DNA of 60,069 nucleotides from Acidobacteriota bacterium (lineage in GTDB: Bacteria; Acidobacteriota; Vicinamibacteria; Fen-336; JAGNNV01), in the NCBI GenBank assembly GCA_032127745.1, contig JAQBHL010000257.1, positions 1-60,069 of the forward strand, read 5' to 3'. Position 1 is the first letter of the stretch, and each line of letters begins with the position of its first letter. Of the stretch, positions 58,660 to 60,069 are shown one piece after another. Made by a program: the position numbers and the translations under genes. The notes under the pieces are model-generated. The model saw only the letters and a list, made by a program, of their open reading frames with translations. It had not been told where the DNA came from and did not search any database.

Positions 58660-58674
58660 TCGCTCTATTTTCGC
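58659..58674 (-). promoter_or_regulatory. Candidate DNA-damage operator TTCGC-N6-TTCGC at dnaE2 start
   Basis: 11-bp-period direct repeat abutting the ATG; same period as GTTC-N7-GTTC LexA boxes. Confidence 0.4.
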
Positions 58675-58739
58675 CCATGACGGGCCGATCCGGGTCCCCT
58701 CATTCTGGAAAGGGTGAGACAAAACCTGCGCCGGGTCGG

Positions 58740-58770
58740 TTGACAGAAGGTTCCGCCAACTTGCTACACT
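58740..58770 (+). promoter_or_regulatory. Putative sigma70 promoter for the 58826 gene
   Basis: TTGACA (58740-45) and extended -10 TGcTACACT (58762-70); spacer 19 nt. Confidence 0.45.
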
Positions 58771-58825
58771 CCCTTTCGCTCCACTCCTGTAACAAGGTTG
58801 AGCGAGTTTCCCCCTAACCAAAGCG

Positions 58826-60069
58826 ATGAGTGTCTTCAACAAGGTCGTCAACAGCGTTCGGGACTTCTTTCTCGAATCGGTGCCGGAGACGCCAAAGCCC
58901 AGGCCGGCCCCATCGCGCCCGCCCTCGGCGCCAGCCCCGGCCGAGAAGCGCGAATCGTTCGAATGGGAGCCGCCCGAGACGTTGCCGGCCCCGGGCAAAT
59001 CGGCTCAAGATCGGTCCATCCCCCCCACCCGATCGTCGGAGGGAGCCTCTCCGGAGGCCGGACTAAAGCCCTTCTCGGCCCGAAACTTCTCGACCGCCGA
59101 ACTTCAGAGGAGCAGCATTCTCGACATCGTGGCCTCGGTCGATTCGAGAGGCAGATCCGTCCCGAGCCGGCCGGCGCCCTCCCGTCCCGAGGCCCTGGCC
59201 GTGGTCGACGCCCGGGATGCCTCGTTCACGGATCTGGAAATCTTCTCGCCCGCGCCCCCGGCCAATCCGCCGGACGCGGTCCTTGAGGCTCCCCAGGACA
59301 ACCTCGAAATCTCTCCCCGGCTGGTCGAGGCGATCCCCCGGCGGATCGAGCCGATCCCCCGGCAGGCCGAGGCGATCCCCGGGCCGTCCGCGGAGGAGTT
59401 CGGCTTCGCTTCCATGCTGCGGGACGCCGCCTCAAAAACGGATGCCCGCAATCCGGACCCCGCGCCCGGGCCGAATCCCAAGAGCCAGACCTCGCCGAGC
59501 GCCTACCGAGAGGCCCCCAGCACCCCCAGTCTGGCCGGGATCGAAACTGTTCCCCCGCACTTCTCCCTGACGGACCATGAAGACTTCACCGCAAAACTCG
59601 GGAGGGCGATGGTGTATGACCTGACCAAGACCAGCGAAATCGATCGGCCGAGCCCCCGGCCGGAGCCTGAAACTGAAGCCGAGGCGCCCGAATCCGACCG
59701 CGAGGTCGTAGGGGTGAGCACCAGCGAGATCGATCGTCGCCTATTCACTCGCGCCGCGCCCCGGCAACATGAAGAAGCTGCAAAACCTTCCAAACCGCCC
59801 GAGTGGCTGCGCTCGGAGTTGACCGCGACCCTCGAAGCCGCGCCCAAAACGGCGGCCAGCGCGCCGGTTGCGGGGCCGGCGCGGGCCACCGGGCCCTTCT
59901 CCGCTCTTCTGGCCCGCCTTCCTCCCCCTGCCGAATTGAGGGAGTTCGCGAAAGCTCCTCCTCCCCGCCTCCCTCAGCCCGGTTTCAAGGAGATCTTGGC
60001 CTCCGCGCCCGGTCCCACGGTCGCGGAGGCGCCACCGCTTTCAAAGGCGCCCCCCATCGGCCTCGATAA
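58826..60069 (+). CDS. Pro/Ala/Glu-rich intrinsically disordered hypothetical protein (partial, runs off window)
   Basis: Not in ORF track. Open frame from ATG 58826 (MSVFNKVVNSVRDFFLESVPETPKP...) to window end with no stop by manual translation. Confidence 0.7.
   Translation, partial: MSVFNKVVNSVRDFFLESVPETPKPRPAPSRPPSAPAPAEKRESFEWEPPETLPAPGKSAQDRSIPPTRSSEGASPEAGLKPFSARNFSTAELQRSSILDIVASVDSRGRSVPSRPAPSRPEALAVVDARDASFTDLEIFSPAPPANPPDAVLEAPQDNLEISPRLVEAIPRRIEPIPRQAEAIPGPSAEEFGFASMLRDAASKTDARNPDPAPGPNPKSQTSPSAYREAPSTPSLAGIETVPPHFSLTDHEDFTAKLGRAMVYDLTKTSEIDRPSPRPEPETEAEAPESDREVVGVSTSEIDRRLFTRAAPRQHEEAAKPSKPPEWLRSELTATLEAAPKTAASAPVAGPARATGPFSALLARLPPPAELREFAKAPPPRLPQPGFKEILASAPGPTVAEAPPLSKAPPIGLD
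59327..59383 (+). repeat. 21-bp imperfect tandem repeat (~3 units; EAIPRRI/EPIPRQA/EAIPG)
   Basis: GAGGCGATCCCCCGG / GAGCCGATCCCCCGG / GAGGCGATCCCCGGG at 21-nt spacing. Confidence 0.75.

Noticed and set aside
55498-58998. 113-aa N-terminal extension of DnaE2
   Set aside because: Overlaps the divergent gene and promoter; DnaE2 homology starts at MYCELH (58659).
59327-59383. CRISPR-like repeat
   Set aside because: In-frame 21-bp coding tandem repeat without spacers; no cas genes.

Overview
High-GC bacterial chromosomal window. An acidobacterial VWA protein, a carboxypeptidase-regulatory/TonB-type receptor and DUF4760-like and DUF5666-like proteins suggest Acidobacteriota, probably Vicinamibacteria-like (inference). 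About 46 genes, mostly housekeeping or envelope: preA (partial), rlmN, queF, queC, greA, amtB-glnK, rocF, glpK, gap-pgk-tpiA-secG, hutI, yggS, radA, dnaE2, transporters, peptidases, a sulfatase and a phosphatase. No rRNA, tRNA, CRISPR array, prophage or recognisable defence system was seen. Structure the gene calls do not explain: (1) an intact IS630 wedged at a CTAG between two different ~165-bp MITE-like elements that share a CAAGGCG-N36/37-GCAACGC core, with terminal and core remnants elsewhere in the window; (2) a ~145-bp decayed direct repeat of an outer-membrane gene's 3' end that brackets an ~8.4-kb block (LysR remnant, amtB-glnK, osmoprotectant ABC, double sulfatase); (3) a WYL regulator translationally coupled to queF, and an imuAB-less dnaE2-radA-MFS-queC run with a TTCGC-N6-TTCGC repeat at its start; (4) several apparent pseudo-enzymes and unusual fusions. 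All calls come from reading the sequence; no searches were run.
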